Shown here one piece after another: positions 13,451 to 26,987 of a stretch of 64,000 bases of DNA. The position numbers and the translations under genes were made by a program. Each line of letters starts with the position of its first letter. Position 1 is the first letter of the stretch. The DNA is from Eledone cirrhosa (Eukaryota), in the NCBI GenBank assembly GCA_964016885.1, contig OZ024742.1:105648001-105712000 (forward strand), in the 5' to 3' direction. A model generated the notes under the pieces. The model searched no databases. It worked only from the letters and a program-made list of their open reading frames with translations, and had not been told where the DNA came from.

Positions 13451-14243
13451 ATGAATGTTTATACTATTTAGTCAGTAGTATCTAGATAATAATAGTGATT
13501 TATCATTTAGATGTAGATTCCTTGGTGGTCTTACCGACGTAGTGATACGAGAAACGAACATATTTTTAAAGATGGTGGCTATCATTTGTATCGGACAGCA
13601 GACGACAACTAGAAAATTCCATTGAGAAACGCAAAAACAATAATATTCATTTAAAAGAAGGGGCAAACAATGAAGAAAATGGAAGAGATATTTCGACCGG
13701 CAGATCGGAGTTGGATAGTAGCATGCATGCATGTCACGAGTTGATGGGAAGGTCGTCACCTAGTCAAATAGTGTTATACATATATACTTATTCTTCGCGC
13801 ATATAAAAATGTAGGTAGGTATGCGCGCATGTGTATATAAATGCAACATATGTTAATATGTGTGCGTGCATGAGTGCGTGCATGAGTGTGTGCAAGTGTG
13901 TGTGTGCGTGTGTGTGTGTGTGTGTGTTGGGTGTGTGTGTGTGTTGGGTGGGTGTGTGTGTTGGGTGGGTGTGAATGTGTGTGTGTGCATATGTGAGTGC
14001 GTGTGTATATGTGTTGAAAAGGGCTGACATTGTGAAAAGATTTACAGGAAGATTGATTGAAGGCAGCTGTGTGTCTTTCATCAGAGGAAAATGTTTAAAC
14101 TAGCCTTTCTTTTATTCGGAGAATAAATTACACAATTCTTTTTTTTTTACATGCAAACATACCGTTGGCTATGGAGAACGATTTCTCTCTGTATATGTAT
14201 GCATGCATGCATATTATATGTGTATGTAATATATATATATATA

Positions 14244-14298
<55 letters not shown>

Positions 14299-14372
14299 AG
14301 GTGTGTGTATATTTATTCATGTGTGGCTATATAGGCGTATGGACTTTAGTATAAAAGTGTATATCCGTATAG

Positions 14373-14462
<90 letters not shown>

Positions 14463-14755
14463 AAATACACACACACACACACATATAGATATATACATAT
14501 ATATCTATACATCAACACATATGTACATACCTGTAAATGTATGTATTTGTCAACAGTAAGGACCAGATGGAGCCATAGTGCTAAAATCTGTATCTCTATG
14601 GTAACTGTTAACACGACTAAATTGAAGTTTGCTTTCCACTAGCAATCAGGGTGGTATACACTTTTGGCATTGTTAGGGATCCACACACACACACACACAC
14701 ACACATCACACACACATACATACATATATATATGTATGTGAATCTCTAACATATG

Positions 14756-14810
<55 letters not shown>

Positions 14811-14813
<3 letters not shown>

Positions 14814-15011
14814 AAAATGTTTAACCCCGACGGCAGAGCTCAAGCCGTATCGACGGCTATCTCTGGAAGAATTTAGTCCAGAAATAGCCGTCGAAACGGC
14901 TTGAGCTCTGCCGTCGGGGTTAAACATTTTCCTATTACCCACTCTACTACCCTAAGTATCGAGTACTCTGGTGCGTTATGGTCCATCTGGTTCCTTACCA
15001 CACCTCCTTCG

Positions 15012-15013
<2 letters not shown>
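14811..15013 (+). mobile_element. palindromic hammerhead-tail element, copy 2, in (TA)n
   Basis: Palindrome 14811-14934 with spacer agaatttag; same 3' tail as 11192-11382. Confidence 0.8.
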
Positions 15014-15059
<46 letters not shown>

Positions 15060-15524
15060 TATTTATATATATTTATATATACACAGATACATGTCTATAT
15101 ATGTATATGCATTCGCAAACTGATCTGTCTCTCTGTCTCTCTCTCTACACGCACACACAAATACACCCCCCACCCTCATATATATATAGTGTGTGTGTGT
15201 GTGTGAGAGAAAGAGAGAGAATATACACACACACATATACTCATGTTATTTTTAAAAAAACATCCCAACTCATCTAAGATATGAGAGTAAGAATACTTTT
15301 CATCTAGATGTCTTTCGATTAAAATATGTTCGCCTTTACGGTTTATGAAGAAACGATTATTCGTTCCATCACTCCTTGCAAGATATGCAATAACCTCACT
15401 ACTGTACATCGTACCAGAATACTTCAAAATAGTCTTTCTTCCTGCAGCTGATGAGGTTGGTATCATGTGAAATATTGGGTCAATATTATCCCATTGGGTA
15501 TTTTCTTTAATACTTTATGATATA

Positions 15525-15719
15525 GAAGGGTCGGCTGAAAAGTTCATAGGCTGACCAAGATACTTTCATAAAATGACTAAATGAGGTTTATTTTTCAACA
15601 TAGTCCCTAGAAAGAAACAATGCAGTTACTAATAAGAAGAATTGAAATTAATGCATGGCATGCAAAATTTCACAGCTCTAACATCATAGTCAACCAATGA
15701 ACTTTTCAGTCGATCCTCG
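15525..15719. mobile_element. mariner-type MITE
   Basis: TIRs gaagggtcggctgaaaagttcataggctgacca / tagtcaaccaatgaacttttcagtcgatcctcg, flanked by TA. Confidence 0.75.
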
Positions 15720-17020
15720 TATATTGTGTTGTTTTCCAGTATATTTAAATATATAATTGTACATAACGAAGTAAATGAATTTATGAATAGATTGGCAAAT
15801 AGAGTAATAAGATATCTGAAGACGGTTGAAAGATGTTATTTGTTTTGCTGGTATTACTGAACTGTTGACTTTTGATCTTCCTCCAAGGTGATTGTGTTTA
15901 ATGTGACATGACGTGGTTTACAATGTTAAGTACTTTTATTCTGAAAAGTAGTCGCATTGTTAGATTTAGGATATTAATCCAACTTTCCTGCAAGATGTCG
16001 AGGACTATAAAGGGTTAAACATTAACATTAACAGTTATGCTAATAAAATAATGTTCAAGATGAAACTTAACATAACCTTTTAGCCCTGCCTAGGATCTAG
16101 ATATATGTGAATCGTGAAGAATATTTTTCTGCTTTTCAATCCCACTGAATGTGTAACGTAGTGCAAAAGTATGAAGCCTCATTTATCAATCACATTAATG
16201 ATATTTCATAGTGAAGAGGTCAATGCCCAAGAAATTTTAGGTTTTAAAGATTTCTAAATTGTCGCACATTGATTTTTGGGGCTCTAAACCACCCACAAAA
16301 GCAAGAATTTCAAGCCATATTCAGGGATCGCAAATACATTCTTACATCAGTTTAAAATACTTTATGTCTATTTTCTAGTTTCACTTCCAAGTGAACTTTC
16401 AGAATATGTATAGTTTTATATGGTTTCAACTTCGTGATAAGCAGTTACCATACTATTGAAAAAAAAAAAAAAAATATTTTTACACTTTTTCATTCTTTTC
16501 ACTTTTTAACCCCACTCGGGCCTTTTGGTAACTGAATTCAAGTTTCTGTCTAAGCCATGCTGCATGATTGGAGAAGATGGCGTGTTCAACAGTTGTTGCT
16601 ATTCAGTAACAGCCACGTAAATTTGGAGTTTTTCAAAATTAGCCCCTAAGACACGGATTTTTCAAATTTTCAGTTAACATTGTTTTTAAAATGGCCAGAT
16701 TAAAGCAAGTGGCTTTAGTGTCTGAGGGACTTCAGATGGCGGAAATTAAGGAAATCAAGTTCCAAAGACATAGAATAAAAGTCACTTGAACTAATAGGTA
16801 TCTAAGAATCAAATAGATTCAATATTTTCAAAATTTCGGAATTTGCTCAAATCTTTAAATGGCCATAAAATCTGATTGGTGAGTGCTATGGAGGAGACAT
16901 TTTCAGGAATTACTTCTTTCATGGATACCGAAAATCTGAACAAACCCCTGTTAAATTTCACTGGAATGACCCCTTTCCTCATTTGGCTCCGTTTTCCAGT
17001 GTCTGTCCTCGTCACATGAG

Positions 17021-17102
<82 letters not shown>

Positions 17103-17345
17103 TTTATATATATATATATATGTACATGCGCACATACATAGATATATTTATATATACACATATATTTATACATATATAAATACATACTCACATACACACA
17201 CATACATACATATATATATATGTAGGAGGTGAGTTTTATTGTAGCACAATAAAGCAATGCAGATATCGGATAAGTAGCACTCTACAGTTTGTAGGACTGG
17301 AGTATAAATAATATAAGATCAAAAGATGGTTAAAAGAGTTCCAAG

Positions 17346-17416
17346 TATTTTATTATGCGCATTTCAAAAACAAATATCATCATGGGATGATATCTGCGTT
17401 TTCATCAGATAAAATA
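17346..17416 (-). ncRNA. type I hammerhead ribozyme
   Basis: Exact reverse complement of 17518-17588. Confidence 0.85.
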
Positions 17417-17517
17417 GGAATACATGATATGAAGCTTAAAAATCACTAGTGAATAGATATGTTGATTTAAAACTTCACTATTCACAAGTGTTTTTTAAGC
17501 TTCATATCATGTATCCC

Positions 17518-17588
17518 TATTTTATCTGATGAAAACGCAGATATCATCCCATGATGATATTTGTTTTTGAAATGCGCATAATAAAATA
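17518..17588 (+). ncRNA. type I hammerhead ribozyme
   Basis: Helix I tattttat/ataaaata (8 bp); CTGATGA; ~15-bp helix II closed by loop ccat; GAA-AT-GCGC-AT-A (AUA site, palindromic helix III). Confidence 0.85.
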
Positions 17589-17618
17589 CATGGAACTCTT
17601 TTAACCATCTTTTGATCT

Positions 17619-17664
<46 letters not shown>

Positions 17665-17693
17665 GTTTATGTATGTATATAAATATATATACA

Positions 17694-17746
<53 letters not shown>

Positions 17747-17987
17747 TAAATATTGTCTGGAATAGATAGATGTATGGCGGTAACAATAACACCAACCTCG
17801 ATAACAGCAACAATAACAACAATGACAACTAAAAAAAGAACAGAACAAGTACCACAAATACGGAATTTGAGTAGATCTTTTTGATGAGTGACAGGAATGG
17901 CTAGAAGGGAAGTGAAGCTAATAAGATGTCAATTCAGACTTGAAGACTTAACGAAACACATCGTTGGCACTCGCCCACACCTCCTGC

Positions 17988-18038
<51 letters not shown>

Positions 18039-18494
18039 TCTATTTATTTATTTATTTAATTTCTGTTTGTGGTGAAACGGGTGTGGGAAGATGGGGGAAT
18101 ATTTTATGGAGGTGGTTGGGTGGTGGAGTAGTAGGAAGGGAGTGTTTGTGTAAGAGGTGGGGGCAGTAAGTGATAATTGATAACTCTTCTGGTCACTTGT
18201 AAAATAGAATTTCACATATATATATATATATATATATCTGTATATATCTTAACTAACCAAGACATTTAATAATGTGAGAAAGGTTCACCATTAGAGGGGT
18301 TCTCTCGCAATAAGAAAAAAATAGTTTTCATCCAGGAGCAATATTTATGTTTTCCCATACGAAAAAGCCTCACGTGCGAGGTGGCTAGGATGAAAAAGCA
18401 ACAGGTGGATGGGTGACACGTTTAAAGGAGCGCTAGAAATAGCTCACCAACTATCCTGCCAGTTTTACACATCCACAAGGGATAATTATATATA

Positions 18495-18660
18495 TGTAAA
18501 AAGTACACAAAAATAACAAAGCAAACAACACAGTACATTGGAGAAATATATTAGTTTAACGCTTGAAATAACAGGGAAAGAGTGTTAACGTTTCGGACAT
18601 TAGTCCTTCATCAGAAGATAGAAATAGAAGTAAAATATAAAATAGAAAGATAAAGAGTAA
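18495..18660 (-). mobile_element. PLE-like terminal fragment with minimal hammerhead (18585-18616)
   Basis: Reverse complement CTGATGA-a-GGAC-taat-GTCC-GAAACGTT; homologous to 42040-42245. Confidence 0.7.
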
Positions 18661-18839
18661 GAAGAGGAAGGAACGGGAAAAAAAGAAAAAAAAAAACACA
18701 TGCGTATTCAGTCAACCATTATAGTGTGGGTAGTAAAGTGAATTACTGGTGTTGGTACCAAATCAAGCTCTCTATGCACAGGCCGAGTGTATATAATAGA
18801 AAACAAAAACAAAAACGACGAATATCTATTGTGTATCGA

Positions 18840-18929
18840 CCTGTTACGCGCGTTTTGCAGAGGATTGGCTCAAGGTAACCCATAGGAGTTATGGACACGT
18901 CTCCAGTATCGATCTGCTCGTCAGACTGG
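18840..18929 (-). ncRNA. hammerhead motif with G12A change; inverted arm 18959-19007 retains GAAAC
   Basis: Reverse complement ccagt-CTGACGA-GCAGA..loop..TCTGC-AAAAC-GCGC-GTA-acagg; arms 18821-18869 / 18959-19007. Confidence 0.65.
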
Positions 18930-19087
18930 AGATATGACAAAAAATATATTTTTGTTGTGCCAATCCTCTGCGAAACGCGCGTAACAGGTTGATACACAAT
19001 AAATATTTTTTATATGAAATATATATATATATATATATTTCATATCCTACCTATATATATATATATATATATATATTTCATATCCTA

Positions 19088-19122
<35 letters not shown>

Positions 19123-19137
19123 ATATATATATCTATA

Positions 19138-19208
<71 letters not shown>

Positions 19209-19213
19209 CATAT

Positions 19214-19280
<67 letters not shown>

Positions 19281-19811
19281 CATATCCTACCTATATATAT
19301 ATATATATATACATATATATAGGTAGGATCGGAGTCACTGTTGCAGCATATATATACATTTTATTGACATATTACAATCGTTTCAATATCAGCTCAGGGT
19401 ACAATCATAATGACCAGAGTCAGACTCTTCCTCAATATGCCAACAGATATGCGAATTTACAGACAAATTCAATAAAGTTTATATATATGTTGCAATAGTG
19501 ACTTCGATCCTTTGTACTTTTATTTACATTCTGGACACGAGATGGACCTTGTAACAGAATCGAGTGCTTGGTAAGGCAAACCGCCCGCAACTGCAGTTAT
19601 ACACTTACCTAAGACACACAGACACACAGATACACACATATAACAAAATGTTTTAATTGGTTTTTCACTCTTGATATTTTTTATATTTTTATATTACTAA
19701 CAATTATTTACACTCTACACGCCCTGCAAACTCTTCTCTAACACGTTTTGTGGGTTGTAAAGGGCTCTGGTGGGAATAGAAAATAAATTATTATTATTAT
19801 TATCATCAGTA

Positions 19812-20030
19812 TGGGTGGATTGGCAGTATTGGTAGAGCGTCAGACAACATGCTTTCCGGCATTGAGTTGCGGCCCTTTATGATCTGAGTTCAAATCCCGC
19901 CGAGGTTAACTTTGCTTTTCATCCTTACGGGGTCGATAAAATAAAGTATCAGTAATGCACTGGGGTCGGTTTAATCGACTTTCCCCTCCTCCAAATTACT
20001 GGCCTTGTGCCTATACTAGAGATCATTATT
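19812..20030 (+). mobile_element. SINE, major family
   Basis: Full-length match to the local consensus. Confidence 0.85.
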
Positions 20031-20140
20031 GTGGATACTTGTTACCCAATATTTCCTCCTTTCTATGTAAACCCCGTTGTAACATGTCTTGTAATGTCTC
20101 AGTCATCCGATCCCCTTGTGGCAAATAAAAGAAATTATAT

Positions 20141-21170
20141 TCTTCTTCTTCTTCCATCTATTACTAAGAGGGTCGTGGGGGGGGGGGGGGCAGATTCCTC
20201 AAGCACGCCTTCCACCCGGTCCTGTCAGAAGTAACCATCTCCAAACGATCCGGCTAGATCCCCAAGTGAGACCAGCCGAGCTCATAGATGTTATTCAACC
20301 ATCTTGTTCGGGTCTCTTGCTGATTGGTTTTTTCCGTAAAACCTGTCTACCATTCTTTTCTGTGACATTCCAACCACATGTACGTAGTATTGGAGTTGTC
20401 ATCTCTCAATTCGGAGACGTATTGTCTCTCCCTGGACGACTCTCTGATTTCCGAGCTATGCACTCTATCGAGGAAGGTTATTTTAAAGGCCCTTCAGAGC
20501 AACTCCGTTTTGGCTGCCTGTAGTCGCGAATGTATTCTTTCGGTCATTACTTAGGATTCATAACCATTGTTAAGGATTGGCACGAATACTGAATTGAAGA
20601 TAGGGAGTTTACACCTACCTCCCTTTTTCTGATTACCTAATGCTGAAGCTGGTGAATTACTGCACCAGCTCCAGAAATTCTTGCACTTAATTCAGCCTCA
20701 TGCCTTCCATCACTTGTGAACACGGCTCAAAGTTACTTGAACATCTCCACCTGCTTCTGTGTAATTCAACTCACATGTACAGTGCACTGCGCCGGTTTCC
20801 TTGAGAGGACGAGAATTTCAGTGTACGCAGCACTGATTTTTTATTTCTGCCATTCTGCACTCGGTAGCAAATCTATCAATTGCATGTCGGAGATCACCTT
20901 CACAAGTCAAGTAACACGGTGTTGTCAGCAAATCACAGCCAACTGCTACCACACTCGCCAGTCTTGATACCACTTCCAACCCGGCTGTGCATGTCAATCT
21001 TATCCATGACGATTATGATCAGGAGAGGTGACACTACGCACCCTTCATGGAGTCCAAGACCCACATTGAATGGTTTCGACTTAGCACCATTTATCCGTAC
21101 ACCAAATACTAGGGCATTCGTATAGAGACATCAGGGCAGCATCGAGCCAATACTCCCGCAGAACCTTCCG
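20141..21170 (-). pseudogene. decayed RTE-clade LINE 3' part (Expander/Rex3-like)
   Basis: Minus strand reads VRINGAKSKPFNVGLGLHEGCVVSPLLIIIVMDKI, FADNTVLL, VFTSDGRHEAELSARISGAGAV; (GAA)n tail. Confidence 0.75.
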
Positions 21171-21404
21171 CAACTGCTTTGTTTACACTTCTAGCTAAAT
21201 GCTTAAAAATCTTCTAAAAATACGGAAATGGTGGCCAGAATTTATTTAGCGTAGTGGTTAATGCACTCACACGGTATCGGAGAGATGCGGGGTTCGATTT
21301 TTCCCAGACACCTTTGTCCACGTTCCCCTCCCCAGGAGTACTTTACCCGACGTTTTCAACTATTATCTATAATGGTCGACTATTATTATGGTAATTTGCG
21401 TTGT

Positions 21405-21445
<41 letters not shown>

Positions 21446-21943
21446 GGAAAAGAGTGTGAGGAGTGTGAGAGATACAGAGAGATCTTGCTCTATAAGTATG
21501 ATATATGGATAATAGTTTATGTATACACGATTTTTTTATGTTATACATTCCGCCCTAATATTTGCATATAACTATTTTAAATATATGGCGTTGTATGGTA
21601 GCGTTACAGATCTTTGTATTTATGTGTATTTGTAAGATGTAATTCTGAATATGTCTGCACGATTTGTGCATGTGTACATTTTTTAATGCATACTGAGGTT
21701 TTTTTTTTAAACTGACACAGACCAGCAGCCCCTTCGATTCTTTTGGTTATCCCTTTTATAAACTTAAACCCTCTGAAGTGAAAATTAATGAAGTGTTGAC
21801 GAAGATAAAATGAATTAGACTGTGTTTGCGTTTCGTGTGACATGACATGAGCTCTTAATTCGTTACTAAAACGTAGGTGTGTCTCGGGTATTTAAACCTG
21901 GGAGGGTCCATCTCTCTCCATGTCTGATTACTCTAGATTTCTT

Positions 21944-21978
<35 letters not shown>

Positions 21979-22668
21979 GTAAGAAAGAGATATAGAGAAA
22001 AAAAATCAATCATAATACTAAATTTATTTATCGACCCCGAAAGGATGAAAGGCAACATTAACCTCTGCGGGATTGGAACACAAAGTGCAGAGGGTCTTGA
22101 ACGAATTGCGCAAAGCATTCTATCCGACGCTCTAACGACTTTGCCAATTCGCCTCTGTGCTGAGTGTATGCTTAAGCTATTCATACGTATGTATATAATT
22201 ACAAAGGAAATAACTTTGTAATGGTGAATGTTTGTATGTGTGTATCTAATGGTCAACAGTAACAGCATGAAACAATCGATGGAAGGTTGTTACCTTCCTT
22301 TGTTCATCTGCTTTGCTTCTACAACGTGCAGAAACCCGGGTGTCTAATGGTTTTAACGGATATAATGTAGAAAGAGTTACTAGGAAGAATAGTGAGTGAG
22401 ACGCGTTGAAATAACCATTCCATCTGGTGGCCAACTTTGTCCCGATAGAAGCGAGTAAGAAGGTGCTTCGGGAATTGTCCATCATTATAGATTTCACGAA
22501 AAACCTATCAGAAAACGTCTGGTACTTGCGATCTTCAGTTTGTTGAGAAACGAAAACTGGGTTTGTAGCTGTTTTCACGAGGTTGTCTCAGATATCTATG
22601 TTGTTCAAAAACCGTGAAAGTCTGAACTCTGCAGTGACATTTTCTTCTCTTATTTTGAGTATGTGTGG

Positions 22669-22772
<104 letters not shown>

Positions 22773-22913
22773 TGTGTGTGTGTGTGCATAAATGATGATT
22801 TCTCCTGAATGAAACAGTTCTGTAGAAGCCATTTCTATATTAAATATTTATACTCTGCTATGTATTGAGTACCTTACTTACTGTGGTTACTCCCTATTGA
22901 ACCCGGGATAAAC

Positions 22914-22949
<36 letters not shown>

Positions 22950-22953
<4 letters not shown>

Positions 22954-23078
22954 CTGAGGACGGCATGTATATGTGAAGGTATATATATTTTCTCTGATAA
23001 TTTGTAATATTTTTACATAGATCTTAAACATGATATACATACCAACACACATATACATCCCAGAAACGATCGTAAAAT
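22950..23078 (+). ncRNA. hammerhead motif with long helix II
   Basis: attt-CTGAGGA; atgtatatgtg/cacatatacat stem; GAA-ACGATCGT-A (GUA site, palindromic helix III); aaat. Confidence 0.65.
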
Positions 23079-23135
23079 GATGAATGTTTTGATATAAGGA
23101 ACTTGTTCTTTGTTTTTATTTCATTGTTTTTATTA

Positions 23136-23205
<70 letters not shown>

Positions 23206-23351
23206 AGTGTAACTTGGAGTTACTGCAGGTTCACCCGGGAAAGTACTCGATGTTTAGGTTCACTTCTGTGTTGAGGTGTAGAGCTATACAGAGTGTAATA
23301 TATTGAAAGGATAACAAGAACGATTGGTTACTCCTTCATTACATTTATTGG

Positions 23352-23440
23352 TAGGTGACGCACGTTTCGCCACTGATCAGCTCAAGGTTCGATCTGTATC
23401 GATCTTACCCGACTCAATAATCGGCAGCTCGACGGACCCT
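23352..23440 (-). ncRNA. degenerate hammerhead motif related to 18840-18929
   Basis: Reverse complement ggt-CCGTCGA-gctgc..gtggc-GAAACGTGCGTC-acc; shares gatcgatac and ccttgagc with the 18840 copy. Confidence 0.45.
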
Positions 23441-23989
23441 TTAAAATGGTATAAGAAAAAAAAAAAAAATATATATATATGTGTGTATGTGTGTATGTGT
23501 ATGTATGTGTCTATGTATTATAGTCTAAGAATGTTATATACTGGGCGCTGACCAAAAGACGAAAAGACGTGGTGTTAATAAACGGAGTAAATTAACTGAT
23601 GATAAACATGAGAAGGGAGAAGATGAATGAGTATTTTATTCTACGTGTCAAATTCACAGGCCAAGCGTCCAAAGCTGGAATACGGATGATGATTTATAAC
23701 GAACCGTTGATGTAGAGTCGTGTTTTTTTTCCCTCCTTCGCTCGAATAAAGAAAGACTGGCAGGAATTAAAGGAAGACGAGTTATATCTCAAGTCTCTAT
23801 ATTCCTATACGAAAACGGAATAAATCACAAAATGTGTATAATATGATTTATTAGCGAAGATTGTCAATGAAAAATGCTTGACAAGTATCCGACGCTGTTA
23901 TTTTTGACACATAATACACAGCTTGATATTTGATTATAAATATCAAAACAAACATTGTCGTTCATGTTGTTTTTTTTAAAACGTCATTA

Positions 23990-24496
23990 TCATTGTTGTT
24001 GTTGTTGCTACTGTTGCTGTTGTTGTTGTTGTTGTTGTTGTTGATATAGCTGTAGTTGTTATTGTAGTTGTTGTAGTAGTAGTAGTTGTTGTAGTTGTTG
24101 TACTTGTTATGGTTGTAGTTGTTGTTGTTGTTGTAGTAGTAGTTGTAGTACTGGTTATGGTTGTAGTTGTTTTTGTTGTTGTTGTTCTTGTTGTTGTAGT
24201 AGTTGTACTTGTTGTTGTTGTCGTTGCTGTTGTTGTAGTGATGTTGATGATATTGTTGTAGTTGTTGTTGTTGTTGTTGTTGTAGTTAATGTTGTAGTTG
24301 TTGTTGTTGCTGTTGTTGTTGTAATTGTTGTGGTGATGTTGTCGATGTTATTATTGTGGTTGTTGTTGCTGTCAATGTAGCTGTTGTAGTTGTAGTTGTT
24401 GTTGTAGTTGTTGTAGTTGTTGTAGTTGTTGCTATTGTTGTAGTTGCTGTTGTAATTGTTGCAATTAATGTTGTATTTGATGTTGTTTTTGTCATT

Positions 24497-24547
<51 letters not shown>

Positions 24548-24659
24548 ATGTTTATAGTTAATGTTGTATTTGATGTTGTTGTTATAGTTGATGTTGTTGT
24601 GGTTATGTTGTAGTTGATATTATTGTAGTTGATATCATTATAGATGATATTGTTGTTGT

Positions 24660-24732
<73 letters not shown>

Positions 24733-24735
24733 GTT
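23990..24735. repeat. compound (GTT/GTA/ACT)n low-complexity tract
   Basis: Directly visible. Confidence 0.95.
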
Positions 24736-25471
24736 GATAATGTTGTTTAGTTATGTTTGTAAAGTTTATTTCTATGTTTTCCATGGTCACTAATGAAATT
24801 GTGTAAATATATATCCATTTACTTCCCTGCCCACTCTCATAAGATACCGATAGAATTAATAACATTGCTAGAAAAACTACAAATTGACTAGTCACTAGAA
24901 CGCCGGTTAGAATTCTTTGGGGTAACAGTTCCGGTTCTCTGCGCTCTTTGAGTTCAAACCTTGTTGAGGTCAACTTTGCCCGTTACTTTTTTTTTTGAGA
25001 TCGATAAAAAATTATTTATTTTATTTACTTATTTTATTTATCATAAAATTATTAAAATTGTAGCATTTTTTAGAAAAGAATTGTCATTGTTGGTGTAGAA
25101 GTGAGTGCCATCTTGTTTACATTTGTGGAGATGTTTGCAGTTTAGTTTAAAGGCCACTGCAGCACTAGAACTCCGCTAGCCAGTAACCCACTCTGACCTT
25201 TGACTTTATAAGATGCAGGGTGATTTTCTGAAACATTTTTTGGAAAAAAAGTGCGTTTTATAAGCCGTCGAATACGGTACTTGATAAAATATAACCAAAA
25301 ATCCACCCCGGAAACCCAGCTTTAAAAAAATGAAAACCAAAATAGTGATAATATGTATGTGATAAGAAAACTTACTTTTATGATGGAGACAGCAAGGCTT
25401 CACAAGATAAATATGATCTTACATTCAATTGTGGAAATATAGATCACAAAACAAAGTTTAGATACATTCGA

Positions 25472-25541
25472 AATTGATATGTAATTGATATGTAATTGAT
25501 ATGTAATTGATATGTAATTGATATGTAATTGATATGTAATT
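25472..25541. repeat. 11-bp tandem repeat (aattgatatgt) x6
   Basis: Directly visible. Confidence 0.9.
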
Positions 25542-25977
25542 ATTCAGAAACAGAACTAACAATTTCCTACGTACGATGAGCTCGATTATAGAATCGTTTA
25601 AGACCGTGTCCGTCTTTGTAACTAAACAAGAACATTTTATGAGATAACAAAGCTACAACTCCAACAGTTTCCACAATAATATCACATATTCCTATACGCC
25701 AAACAAACAGACAGACTAATAGTAACATATACTGATTAATCAATGTAGAAATACAACACGGCCACAAAATATAACTTCCAAAATAAAATGCTTTATTAAA
25801 ACAAATGTATAACGAAAAAGTTAAAAGATTAAGTTTTCATTACTCTAAAGGACAAATCGCCCAAATACAGACTTATTTACCCAGCCAAAAGAGATTACGG
25901 TATAATCAGCAAACCAATCTGAAAAAATTAACCATGATAATACGTCACGTGTGTTCGTATATTTATATCTCCGCCTA

Positions 25978-26987
25978 TCTATATTACTAAAACAGAGAAT
26001 GTCTGTTTGTCTGTCTGTCTGTACAATCACTAAAACTCGAGAACCACCCAACCGATTGTTTTCAAACTTTACACATGTAATACTTATGGTCCTATTGAGT
26101 GTTCTGAGCAAAAGAAATTCAAATTTTCTATGCCCTAGGGACCTCATTAGGCGATTTAGCGAACTCTTTCTCTCACTCTTAGTCTTTCTCTTTTTAGATA
26201 GATACATAGATATGACGTCGCGCCTTTATAATATCTGTCTGTATGCCTGACTGTCTGCATTACGTCATTATGACGCGATCAGTGTGTGTGTGTATATATG
26301 TATATATAGTGTGTGTACATATATATTCTTATGCCAGGGAACGTCTTCACGAACCAAAGTATCGTCTTCCTGTTTTCCTTCGGTTGCAACGTTTTTCGAA
26401 ATATTTACATCTGCGTTCACAGATTGATTTTTTTTGTTTCAGAAGATCCCGTTAAGGTTGAAAGCAGTGATTCTTTGCTTAAACTTTAATATGTTATTTT
26501 AATATAGATATTCGTGTACAGATAATTTTTGCATACAAAAAAAAACAAAATATAAACAAACAAGGCCGGCGATTACATAATCACATGCATTACTGACAGA
26601 TATTTTTGCATACACAAAAACAAAATATAAACAAACAAGGCCAACGATTACATCAGTTAGTCTTAGTGTACTTCATATTGCTTTTAGGTAGAAGATCCCG
26701 TTAAGGGTGAAAGCATCGATTCATTTTCTGCGTTCATAGATTGATTTTTTTTAGTTTCAGAAGATCCCGTTAAGGGTGAAAGTAGCGATTCTTTGCTTAA
26801 ACTTTAATCTGTTATTTTAATATATATATATATATATATATATTCGTGTACAGATATTTTTGCATAAACAATAACAAAATATAAACAGACGTATTTATTT
26901 CAAAGGCTCGATAAGGATAAATATATATATATCAAATATATAAGAACCCTAGAGCAAATCCTGAGCAACGCCGGGCCATTCTGCTAG
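25978..26987 (+). mobile_element. non-autonomous Helitron related to 11901-13000
   Basis: A|TC start; shared ctaaaactcgagaa..cccaaccga block; 3' cctgagcaacgccgggccattctgCTAG|T; paralogous empty site near 37380. Confidence 0.85.

Larger units (their letters stand above)
17222..17622 (-). mobile_element. fold-back hammerhead element (arms ~17311-17456 / 17478-17622) in (TA)n
   Basis: ~145-bp inverted arms with a 21-nt spacer; each arm contains a complete hammerhead. Confidence 0.85.

Noticed and set aside
15440-15490. CTGATGA...GAAA as a hammerhead
   Set aside because: Could not form a convincing helix I or II
25020-25280. pogo/Tigger-like end (aagtgcgttttataagccgtcgaatacggta)
   Set aside because: Only one terminus seen; too little to delimit an element
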